Positions 56,326 through 64,000 of a DNA stretch of 64,000 nucleotides are shown here, piece by piece. The DNA is taken from the IMG/VR virus record IMGVR_UViG_3300027996_002186, positions 124,001 through 188,000 of that record. One strand, given 5' to 3'. The notes beneath the pieces are model-generated. The model was not told where the DNA came from and did no database searches. It was given only the letters and a program-made list of their open reading frames with translations. The first letter of the stretch is position 1. Each line of letters starts with the position of its first letter. The position numbers and the translations under genes were made by a program.

Positions 56326-58869
56326 ATGATAAAAGTAATAAAAAGAAATGGGAAGAAAGAGCCGGTAATGTTAGATAAGATTGTTGATAGAATAACTCAA
56401 CAAACTTACAAACTAGACCAGAAGTGGGTAATTCCTTTTGACGTAGCTCAAAAAGTAATTGCTGGAGTGGCTCCTAATATTAAAACTTCCGTACTTGATA
56501 GATTAGCTATGGAAACTGCAGCGTCTTTGGCGACTAAACATCCAGATTATTCTATACTAGCAGCTAGGTTGGCTATAACAACCTTACACAAAGAAACTAA
56601 GAAGAGTTTTTCGGAGACAGTTTCAGACTTATATAATTATATTGATCCAAGAACAAATAGATTATCTCCTATTGTTTCTGATTCTTTTCAGAATATTGTA
56701 AATGAGCATAAGGGTAGATTAGATTCTGCTATTGTTCACTCTCGTGATCATAATTTTGATTATTTTGGATTTAAGACACTTGAGAAATCATATCTATTGA
56801 AATTAAATGGTGTTGTAGCTGAAAGACCTCAGTATATGTATATGAGAACAGCAATACAAATTTGGGGTAATAATATTGATAAGGTTATTGAAACATATAA
56901 CTACCTATCAGAAGGATATTATACACACGCTACACCAACATTATTTAATTCCGGTACAGGTAGACCACAATTATCTTCTTGTTTTCTATTAGATACCGAA
57001 GATGATTCAATTGAGGGAATATTTAATACTCTTAAAGAATCAGCTCAAATATCAAAGAACGCCGGAGGTATTGGTATATCTTTTAATAAAGTAAGAGGTA
57101 AAGGAACATATATCGCTGGTACTAATGGTACTTCAAATGGTATTATTCCATTCTTGAAGATTTTTAATGAGACTGCAAGAGCTGTTGATCAAGGTGGGGG
57201 AAAACGTAAAGGTTCTATTGCTATTTATATGGAACCTTGGCACTCTGATATTATGGAGTTCTTAGACCTTCGTAAGAATCAAGGTAAAGATGAGATTAGA
57301 GCTAGAGATTTATTCTTGGCTATGTGGATGAATGACTTATTTATGGAAAGAGTTGATTTAGATGAGGATTGGTCTTTGATGTGTCCACATGAATGTACTG
57401 GTTTGAATGAAACTTATGGTGAAGAATTCCGTGAATTGTATTTGAAATATGAAAAGGAAGGAAGATATAAGAAAGTTATTAAGGCTAGAGAAGTTTGGAA
57501 TAAAATACTTGAATCGCAAATAGAAACTGGTACACCATATATCTTATATAAAGATGCTATTAATGAGAAATCAAATCAATCAAATATTGGTATTGTTAGA
57601 TCTTCTAACTTATGTGCTGAGATTGTTGAAGCTACTGGTATTACTAAGATTCAAAAGGAAGTATTGAAGAATAAAGAATTACTTGAGAGTTTAGATTTGG
57701 GTGAGTTTTATGGTAGAGAATATGTTAATGAAACTGCTGTATGTAACTTAGCGTCTATTGCTCTTCCAAAGTTTGTGAATAAGAATAAAACTTATAACCA
57801 TAAGAAGTTATATGATGTGGCTTACAATGCTACTATTAACCTTAATAATGTTATTGATGTTAATTTTTATCCATCAGAGGGTGCTAAATTTTCTAACCTA
57901 TTACATAGACCAATTGGTTTGGGTGTTCAGGGATTGGCTGATGTTTTCTTTATGACAAACTTAGCATATGATTCAGATGAGGCTAAAGAATTAAACAGAG
58001 AGATATTTGAAACGATTCACTTCGCGGCAATGAAAGCTTCTTGTGACTTAGCTAAAGAACAAGGACCATACGCTACTTATAAAGGTTCTCCGATATCAGA
58101 GGGTAAATTTCAATTTGATTTGTGGGGTGTTGTTCCGACAAAGAGATGGGATTGGGATAAACTAAGATCTGAGATTTTAGAATTTGGTGTGAGAAACTCA
58201 TTAACTGGTTGTATAATGCCAACAGCATCAACGGCTAATATATTGGGTAACGAAGCATCTTGTGAGGGTCAAACTTCAAATATGTACACTAGAAGTGTTC
58301 TTTCTGGAACTTTCATTATGGTTAATAAATATTTAGTTAAAGAATTGGTTAAATTAGGAATTTGGGATGATTCGTTAAGAAGAAAGATAATTTCTGAGAA
58401 TGGTTCAGTTCAAAACATACCAGAAGTACCAACGAATATTAAAGAAATATTTAAAACTGTTTATGAGATTAAACAAAAAGATGTAATTGATATGGCGGCT
58501 GATAGAGGAGCCTTTATTGACCAAACACAATCAATGAATATCTTTATGGATTCTCCGAATTTTGCTAAATTAACAGCAATGCACTTCTACGGTTGGGGAA
58601 GAAGAAACTTTATGTTAGATGATAAAGGACAACCAATCTTACCAAAAGGTGAAGGTATCGAAATCGTTTATGATGAAGATGGGAAACCAAGATTCTTTAG
58701 AGATAAGAAGTACTCACTTAAAACTGGTATTTATTATTTGAGAAATAAATCAGCAACGGATGCTGTTAAATTCACTGTTCAAGAAGATAAGAAATCTATT
58801 GAGGAGCAAATGGATGAAATAGCTTGTTCGCTTGATAATCCAGATGATTGTTTGTCTTGTGGAGCATAA
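56326..58869 (+). CDS. nrdA: Ribonucleotide reductase class Ia alpha subunit with ATP cone
   Basis: VIKRNG, THATPTLFN.G, QLSSCF, SSNLCAEI, TAVCNLAS, IMPTAST, LKTGIYYLR, C-terminal CLSC. Confidence 0.96.
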   Translation: MIKVIKRNGKKEPVMLDKIVDRITQQTYKLDQKWVIPFDVAQKVIAGVAPNIKTSVLDRLAMETAASLATKHPDYSILAARLAITTLHKETKKSFSETVSDLYNYIDPRTNRLSPIVSDSFQNIVNEHKGRLDSAIVHSRDHNFDYFGFKTLEKSYLLKLNGVVAERPQYMYMRTAIQIWGNNIDKVIETYNYLSEGYYTHATPTLFNSGTGRPQLSSCFLLDTEDDSIEGIFNTLKESAQISKNAGGIGISFNKVRGKGTYIAGTNGTSNGIIPFLKIFNETARAVDQGGGKRKGSIAIYMEPWHSDIMEFLDLRKNQGKDEIRARDLFLAMWMNDLFMERVDLDEDWSLMCPHECTGLNETYGEEFRELYLKYEKEGRYKKVIKAREVWNKILESQIETGTPYILYKDAINEKSNQSNIGIVRSSNLCAEIVEATGITKIQKEVLKNKELLESLDLGEFYGREYVNETAVCNLASIALPKFVNKNKTYNHKKLYDVAYNATINLNNVIDVNFYPSEGAKFSNLLHRPIGLGVQGLADVFFMTNLAYDSDEAKELNREIFETIHFAAMKASCDLAKEQGPYATYKGSPISEGKFQFDLWGVVPTKRWDWDKLRSEILEFGVRNSLTGCIMPTASTANILGNEASCEGQTSNMYTRSVLSGTFIMVNKYLVKELVKLGIWDDSLRRKIISENGSVQNIPEVPTNIKEIFKTVYEIKQKDVIDMAADRGAFIDQTQSMNIFMDSPNFAKLTAMHFYGWGRRNFMLDDKGQPILPKGEGIEIVYDEDGKPRFFRDKKYSLKTGIYYLRNKSATDAVKFTVQEDKKSIEEQMDEIACSLDNPDDCLSCGA

Positions 58870-58880
58870 CATATATAATT

Positions 58881-58918
58881 AAAAAAAAGGAGAAGATTTT
58901 TAACTTCTCCCTTTTTTT
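58881..58918 (+). terminator. Intrinsic terminator after nrdA
   Basis: ggagaag/cttctcc stem flanked by A and T runs. Confidence 0.8.
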
Positions 58919-58920
58919 GC

Positions 58921-58971
58921 TATAAACAATCCACCTTCGAAAAAAATGAAATTTTAGAGGTTGATATATAC
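58921..58971 (+). promoter_or_regulatory. Promoter for the Y-RNA-like locus with AAACAATCCACCTT box and TATATAC core
   Basis: AATCCA 58928 to TATATAC 58965 = 37 nt. Confidence 0.65.
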
Positions 58972-58997
58972 ATATAGAAATTAGAAACGAATAAAAA

Positions 58998-59069
58998 ACC
59001 AGTAGTGATTTAAAGAGTTACTTCGAAATATAAATTCTAAAAACACACTCTTTGATAACTTCCTCTGGT
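58998..59069 (+). ncRNA. Y-RNA-like RNA 1 (short, 72 nt)
   Basis: Terminal stem accag/ctggt; TAGTGA; inner stem aaagagt/actcttt followed by TACTTCGA; upstream of Ro60. Confidence 0.7.
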
Positions 59070-59084
59070 CTATTATTATAATAA

Positions 59085-59298
59085 GCAAACATAGCGATAG
59101 TTTGAGATACTTCGAGATCTAAATGATCAACTATGAAAAAAAGTGATTAGCGACAGCGAATCTACCAAAACACTATAAAGTAGTTGAGGTGAAAAAGTCC
59201 GAGTGACTACGTAAAGGTCAAAGTGAGATGGTCACTTAAACTATCGGCGAATATTCTCACGAATCTTCGTAGCGCTTCGGCTAAATTTTCTTGTTTGC
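59085..59298 (+). ncRNA. Y-RNA-like RNA 2 (long, 214 nt)
   Basis: Terminal stem gcaaaca/tgtttgc; TAGCGA; 12-bp stem cgatagtttgag/cttaaactatcg followed by ATACTTCGA; multi-hairpin insert. Confidence 0.7.
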
Positions 59299-59309
59299 AA
59301 ATATTATAT

Positions 59310-59355
59310 AAAAGACCAGATTAACTACAAATGTAGAGAGTCTGGTCTTTTTTTT
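59310..59355 (+). terminator. Terminator-like hairpin between the Y-like RNAs and Ro60
   Basis: aaaagaccaga/tctggtctttt plus inner ctac/gtag and a long T-run. Confidence 0.8.
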
Positions 59356-59384
59356 GAATTAAAAATTAAATAAAAATAAAAATT

Positions 59385-60836
59385 ATGTCAAAATTTAACA
59401 CAACAATGCCAAAGGCAATAACAAAGACTTCCAATTTAGCTGGTGGGGAATCTTATTCACAATCTAATGAGTTAGTGTTGGTTTCGCTATTATTAACATC
59501 ATTTGTTAATACTCAATTTTATAGAGATGGTGGTAATTCTTTAGTAGATTTGAAAAATATTTCTGAGAAGGTTAAGGATAAAGAGTTTGTTGCGAAAGCT
59601 GCTATATTTGCTCGTGACCGTTTCGGGATGAGAAGTATTACTCACGCTTTAGCTGGTGAATTGACTTCACAACTTACTGGTCAAGAGTGGGCTAAGGATT
59701 TCTACGAGAAAGTGGTTGTTCGTGTTGATGATATGACAGAAATATTATCTTACTACTTAGAAAACAAAACATCTAAAGATAATCCAAAGTTTCCAAATGC
59801 TTTGAAGAAGGGATTTGCGAAGGCTTTTGATAAATTTGATGGATATAATCTATCTAAGTATAAAGGTGAGAATAAGGAAGTGAAGTTAGTTGATATTGTG
59901 AACTTAGTTCACCCTGTTCCGACTTCTAGAAATAAAGAAGCGCTTGAGTCACTTATCAGAGGTGAGTTGAAAAACACACAAACTTGGGAAGCTAAGTTAT
60001 CTGAAGCTGGTCAAAAGGCTGATTCTAAGGAAGATTTGGAAAAATTAAAATCAGATGCTTGGGGAGAGTTAATCTCAACTGGTAAGATTGGATATTTCGC
60101 TCTTTTGAGAAACTTGAGAAATATTATAACTCAATCACCTACTTCTATTAAGGAAGCTTGTGAGATGTTAGTTAATGAAAAGTTAATCAAGAAGTCAAGA
60201 ATTCTTCCATTCCGTTTCGCTACGGCTTATGAGGAAATCAATAAGATTGGTTCTTCTAAGGATGTCAGAGATGTACTTATTGCTCTTAATCAAGCACTTG
60301 ATATATCAGTAGCTAACGTTCCTAAGTTCGAAGGAGAAACACTTGTAGTTATGGACGTTTCAGCTTCTATGAGGGGTATAGCATCTGACACGGCTTCTTT
60401 ATTCGGTGCAATTCTATCAAAGGTTAATAACTGTGATGTTATGACATTTGCTAGAGAAGCTAACTATATGGCATATAATCCAATGGATTCTGTGTTAACT
60501 ATTAGAGATGGTTTTAGATTTGCTGGTGGTGGAACAAACTTTAAGTCAATTTTCACAACTGCTAACAAGAAGTATGATAGAATAATAATTCTTTCAGATA
60601 TGCAAGGATGGGTTGGTTATACTACACCATCTGATGAATTTAACCAATATAAGAATATGTTTGGTGCTACACCATTCGTTTATTCTTGGGATCTCGCTGG
60701 GTATGGTACATTGCAGTTCCCAGAAAATAATGTCTTTGCTTTAGCCGGATTTTCCGATAAAGTATTCGATATTATGAAGTTGATGGAGGTCGACAAAAAG
60801 GCTCTCTTCAATGAGATAAAGTCTATCCAGCTTTAA
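59385..60836 (+). CDS. rsr: Ro60/Rsr TROVE-vWA ribonucleoprotein
   Basis: NLAGGESY, ARDRFGMRS, RVDDMTEIL, IGYFALLRNLRNI, ILPFRF, MIDAS DVSASM, GGTNF, LSDMQ. Confidence 0.93.
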   Translation: MSKFNTTMPKAITKTSNLAGGESYSQSNELVLVSLLLTSFVNTQFYRDGGNSLVDLKNISEKVKDKEFVAKAAIFARDRFGMRSITHALAGELTSQLTGQEWAKDFYEKVVVRVDDMTEILSYYLENKTSKDNPKFPNALKKGFAKAFDKFDGYNLSKYKGENKEVKLVDIVNLVHPVPTSRNKEALESLIRGELKNTQTWEAKLSEAGQKADSKEDLEKLKSDAWGELISTGKIGYFALLRNLRNIITQSPTSIKEACEMLVNEKLIKKSRILPFRFATAYEEINKIGSSKDVRDVLIALNQALDISVANVPKFEGETLVVMDVSASMRGIASDTASLFGAILSKVNNCDVMTFAREANYMAYNPMDSVLTIRDGFRFAGGGTNFKSIFTTANKKYDRIIILSDMQGWVGYTTPSDEFNQYKNMFGATPFVYSWDLAGYGTLQFPENNVFALAGFSDKVFDIMKLMEVDKKALFNEIKSIQL

Positions 60837-60839
60837 CAA

Positions 60840-60880
60840 AAACACACTTCTTTGAAGTGGGTTTTTTGTTTTAATATATA
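60840..60880 (+). terminator. Terminator hairpin (60840-60867) followed by late promoter TTAATATATA (60871-60880)
   Basis: cacttc/gaagtg stem plus T-run; exact decamer. Confidence 0.65.
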
Positions 60881-60901
60881 CAAAAAAGAAATATAAATAT
60901 T

Positions 60902-61201
60902 ATGGCTATTAAAAAATTTAATGAAGCTTGGGATGAGAATTCTGGTGAGTATGTTGATTACAATGGATATATAGATCAACACGGAGAATTTGGTGATATA
61001 CATGATTCTTTAGGATCGAGTAAATATGGTGTGGGTGAGTTTAATAATATGATGGCTGAGTTAAATGTTAATGAAAATGAATTACCACAAGAATTGATTG
61101 ATATGATAGAAGATATCAGAGGTGATTTAGGTGGAATCAAAGGTAAAATAGTAGATTTATTCTCGGCCTTAACAAAAGAAGATATGTCATATTTAAAATA
61201 A
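60902..61201 (+). CDS. CTS-tagged acidic protein
   Basis: MAIKKFNE. Confidence 0.75.
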   Translation: MAIKKFNEAWDENSGEYVDYNGYIDQHGEFGDIHDSLGSSKYGVGEFNNMMAELNVNENELPQELIDMIEDIRGDLGGIKGKIVDLFSALTKEDMSYLK

Positions 61202-61524
61202 TGAAACATTTGAAAACATTTAATGAGGGAAATTTACCAGAAAGAGAGGTAGTTTTTACTAATAAGAGAAATAGACATATGGTTTTTTCTGTGTTTAAAA
61301 CTCCTGATGGTAAAATAACAAGAATCGAAAAATTACCAAATATTAGATTCCCTTTTCAAGTAGGTCAACTATTTAATAGAACTATTGAAGTATGGGCTTG
61401 TAATAATAATTACCTAATGGATGGTAAAGATACTTGTCCTGAGAAAAAGATTATGGGTATGAGAGCTTCTGATATACCAAAGGGTCATGAACTAAGACAC
61501 ATATTCCCACATAAATTCAAATAA
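61201..61524 (+). CDS. CTS-tagged protein
   Basis: MKHLKTFNE. Confidence 0.75.
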   Translation: MKHLKTFNEGNLPEREVVFTNKRNRHMVFSVFKTPDGKITRIEKLPNIRFPFQVGQLFNRTIEVWACNNNYLMDGKDTCPEKKIMGMRASDIPKGHELRHIFPHKFK

Positions 61525-61544
61525 TAAAATTAATATATAGAATA

Positions 61545-61829
61545 ATGAAACATTTAATAAAATTTAATGAGGGTGTTATAGGTAGAAGTGATGATGATTT
61601 TGATCCACCTAAATCTAAGTGTCCTAGTTACGAAGAAGCTTTAGAAAAAATGTGTAAATATATAGCAGATCAGATATACGGTGATTATATGGATGGATCT
61701 ATGAATCCTAGTTATGATGGTCAGTCAGGTTGTGAAGATACATTATCAATATTATATGGTGTTAGTAGGAAGAAGGTACGTAGGGATGTTGATACTATCA
61801 TCGAAGAATACAGAACAGGAAAAAGATAA
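61545..61829 (+). CDS. CTS-tagged protein
   Basis: MKHLIKFNE; TTAATATATA at 61530-61539. Confidence 0.75.
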   Translation: MKHLIKFNEGVIGRSDDDFDPPKSKCPSYEEALEKMCKYIADQIYGDYMDGSMNPSYDGQSGCEDTLSILYGVSRKKVRRDVDTIIEEYRTGKR

Positions 61830-61837
61830 TTATAATT

Positions 61838-62245
61838 ATGAAATATTTAAGAAAATTTAACGAAGAATTAGAGAGTGAGGGATTAGATACTATCAATGAT
61901 TTGAAAGAAATATTTGAAAATGGTATTAATGTTCCGGTATTCTTAGAAGATTTATTATCTGGTACAGGTATTATACTTGTAACAACAGAGGGTAAGGTAT
62001 TTGAAAAATCAAAATCAGGAGAATGGAAAGAATATGAATCACCAGAAGCATTTAAAAATGAGACAGGTGCTTCTTTGGACGAAGAATATGTAGGTAGTAA
62101 AAGTCAACAATTGTTGAATTTAATAACTGGTGCCGATGGTGAGTATGATGGTATTGATGATTATAGAGTAGGTTATATAGAATCAATTTATTTTGATGAT
62201 GAGCCAACTGATATGTTAAAAAAATTATTAAGAAATTATGATTAA
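61838..62245 (+). CDS. CTS-tagged protein
   Basis: MKYLRKFNE. Confidence 0.75.
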   Translation: MKYLRKFNEELESEGLDTINDLKEIFENGINVPVFLEDLLSGTGIILVTTEGKVFEKSKSGEWKEYESPEAFKNETGASLDEEYVGSKSQQLLNLITGADGEYDGIDDYRVGYIESIYFDDEPTDMLKKLLRNYD

Positions 62246-62729
62246 AAAGTGGAAACAATTCGTTAATGAATCAAATAGTGATTATAGTTTATTGAACTTC
62301 TTTCAGGAGATGCAATCATTTCCAGCGGCGGGAGTAGATAAACAAGACATTGAAGAAGCGTCTAAACCTGTGAATAAAATGAAGACAGTTAGTAATGTTC
62401 CTGAACTTCAAGGATTGTTAGATGATTGGAGTGGTGGGAAGTATGATGAAGATCCTGGATATTTAGTAAATGAATTAAGAGGTTTACTTGAGAGTAATAA
62501 AATTGATGAGAATCTATCAGCAGAATTAGATAAAGAAACAATATTACATATTTTAAATTTGAAAGTTAAAGAAGGTCTAAATAAGAAAGTAAATTATGAA
62601 TTATGGGATTTTGATGATGCCTACAAAGGTGTCTCTGATGGTGGTACAGTAAATGCTTATAAATCTGGTAGAAAAAAAGCTTTTAAGGAAGTTTTGGATA
62701 TGATAAATGATTTTGATAAAAATAAATAA
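62238..62729 (+). CDS. CTS-tagged protein
   Basis: MIKKWKQFVNE. Confidence 0.75.
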   Translation: MIKKWKQFVNESNSDYSLLNFFQEMQSFPAAGVDKQDIEEASKPVNKMKTVSNVPELQGLLDDWSGGKYDEDPGYLVNELRGLLESNKIDENLSAELDKETILHILNLKVKEGLNKKVNYELWDFDDAYKGVSDGGTVNAYKSGRKKAFKEVLDMINDFDKNK

Positions 62730-62735
62730 AGAAAG

Positions 62736-63176
62736 ATGATTAAAAAGTGGAGTCAATTTAACGAAAGTAAAGCAGAGAAACCAGGTGAAAATATACCGGG
62801 TTCTGTTAAGGTAAATTTAACTGATGAGGATGTTAACGCATTTACAGATAACACATCTTTACAAAAATTAATTTCTGATGATAAAGTTGCATTACTTGAT
62901 GGAGAAGCTTGGTATTGGGAAGATGATATGACTACTAAAGGTATTTTAGATCAATATTTAGAAATACCTGGTACTGTTGAAGAAGAACCAACTGGAGATT
63001 TAGTTAGTGAGAATTTTCAATGGTCGGATGATGAAATCAATAAATTAGAAATAGATATTCATGATGAGATTGCTAAAGGTATGACTAAGGAAGAATTTTT
63101 AGAATATTCTTCTAGTTACTCTTTTGGTATGGGTGAGGTTTTTGAAGTATTGAAAAAGTGGGCTTTTAGACCTTAA
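62736..63176 (+). CDS. CTS-tagged protein
   Basis: MIKKWSQFNE. Confidence 0.75.
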   Translation: MIKKWSQFNESKAEKPGENIPGSVKVNLTDEDVNAFTDNTSLQKLISDDKVALLDGEAWYWEDDMTTKGILDQYLEIPGTVEEEPTGDLVSENFQWSDDEINKLEIDIHDEIAKGMTKEEFLEYSSSYSFGMGEVFEVLKKWAFRP

Positions 63177-64000
63177 TTATCTTTTAAGATTTTCCCAAAG
63201 TATTTGATAGATATCATCTATTTTATTATACTTTATTCTAATTAAATTAATATAATTATCTTCACAGTAATTCTTCTTAATTTTATCTATTTCCCTTATC
63301 CTATTTAGTGTTTTTAATCCCCCAAACTCATCTATTGGTTCAAAATGATGTCTACCATCAAATTCTATTATTGTTCTTGTTTTTGGTAGATAATAATTAA
63401 ATATTAAACCATCTATGTTGTGGTTTTTATAATACCTTATGTCATTTTCATCTAAGAAATGTGATATATAATTCATATACTTAAATTCATCACATTTTTT
63501 ACAACCTATTCCGTAATTTAAGTGTGTATATGCCCTTTGTATAAAGGAACCGTGTATAGGACACAAAACTTCTATATGTGAGTTTATATTTTTATATTCA
63601 TTTACATTTATAATGTATTTATATTTAAAATTGTGTGTTATTTGACACTTGGATATTAGTTCATTTATTTTATTTTCTCTTGTTTTCTTATAAACTTTAA
63701 CCTTTGGTTGCTTCGCCTTTTTTGCTTCTGTGAGAGAGTAATATTCTGCTAATATATTTTCTATGTTTTTATAATCGGTGAATTTTATCCTCAATAAATC
63801 TATTTTATTATCGGTACAAAACTTATTTTTAATATTATCTCTTATTTGTGTTTCCTTTAACTTTTTGATACCACCCCATGTTTCTATTATTTCCGAGTGT
63901 TGTGGTCCATCATATTCTATACAAGAATTGAATTTGGGTATATAAAAATCAAATTTTAAGTTTTTTTTATATTCACACCCCTCAAATTCCTTTTGTGATA
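63177..64000 (-). CDS. Homing-endonuclease-like protein with two tandem PD-(D/E)xK (Vsr/DUF559-like) modules; 5'-truncated by the window edge
   Basis: Frame stays open to the window end: LKFDFYIP...CIEYDGPQH...RIK, then CPIHG/GCKKC Zn motif and IFNYYLP...IIEFDGRHH...RIK. Confidence 0.75.
   Translation of the reverse strand, partial: SQKEFEGCEYKKNLKFDFYIPKFNSCIEYDGPQHSEIIETWGGIKKLKETQIRDNIKNKFCTDNKIDLLRIKFTDYKNIENILAEYYSLTEAKKAKQPKVKVYKKTRENKINELISKCQITHNFKYKYIINVNEYKNINSHIEVLCPIHGSFIQRAYTHLNYGIGCKKCDEFKYMNYISHFLDENDIRYYKNHNIDGLIFNYYLPKTRTIIEFDGRHHFEPIDEFGGLKTLNRIREIDKIKKNYCEDNYINLIRIKYNKIDDIYQILWENLKR

Noticed and set aside
47954-58869. Intein or group I intron in PolB or NrdA
   Set aside because: No C/S...HN-C/S/T intein termini, no embedded homing nuclease, and NrdA is continuous.
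1-64000. Stop-codon reassignment (as in some jumbo phages)
   Set aside because: Conserved genes are full length under code 11, coding density is high, and TAG/TGA terminate genes.

Overview
A 64 kb, very AT-rich segment of a T4-like large/jumbo myophage genome, standard genetic code, probably infecting a Bacteroidota host. Host evidence: two exact TTTG-N20-TAnnTTTG promoters, A-rich leaders without Shine-Dalgarno sites, and Bacteroidota-like GSII and RNase R. Head/tail module: gp15-like, gp55 late sigma, gp4, gp2, portal, gp21 protease fused to a repeat scaffold, gp23 capsid, a 1955-aa baseplate-like protein and a tape measure. Replication/nucleotide genes: split PolB N-half, DinG-like helicase, gp41 helicase, NrdA, ThyA, Dam. 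RNA/translation quality-control genes: tmRNA, RNase R, NFACT-R, minimal GluRS, Ro60 with two Y-RNA-like elements. Two unannotated window-wide patterns stand out. (1) About 20 unrelated late genes share a 9-13 residue N-terminal tag (MKHLKKFNE-like) resembling the T4 capsid-targeting sequence. (2) Degenerate fragments of core phage proteins (three capsid-derived, one dead prohead protease, one or two helicase-like) all carry a second short motif, R-x-x-[KSR]-[IL]-[NK]-x-[ILV]-[LFI], suggesting a decoy/mimic system. All family assignments come from motifs recognised by eye; no searches or folding were run.
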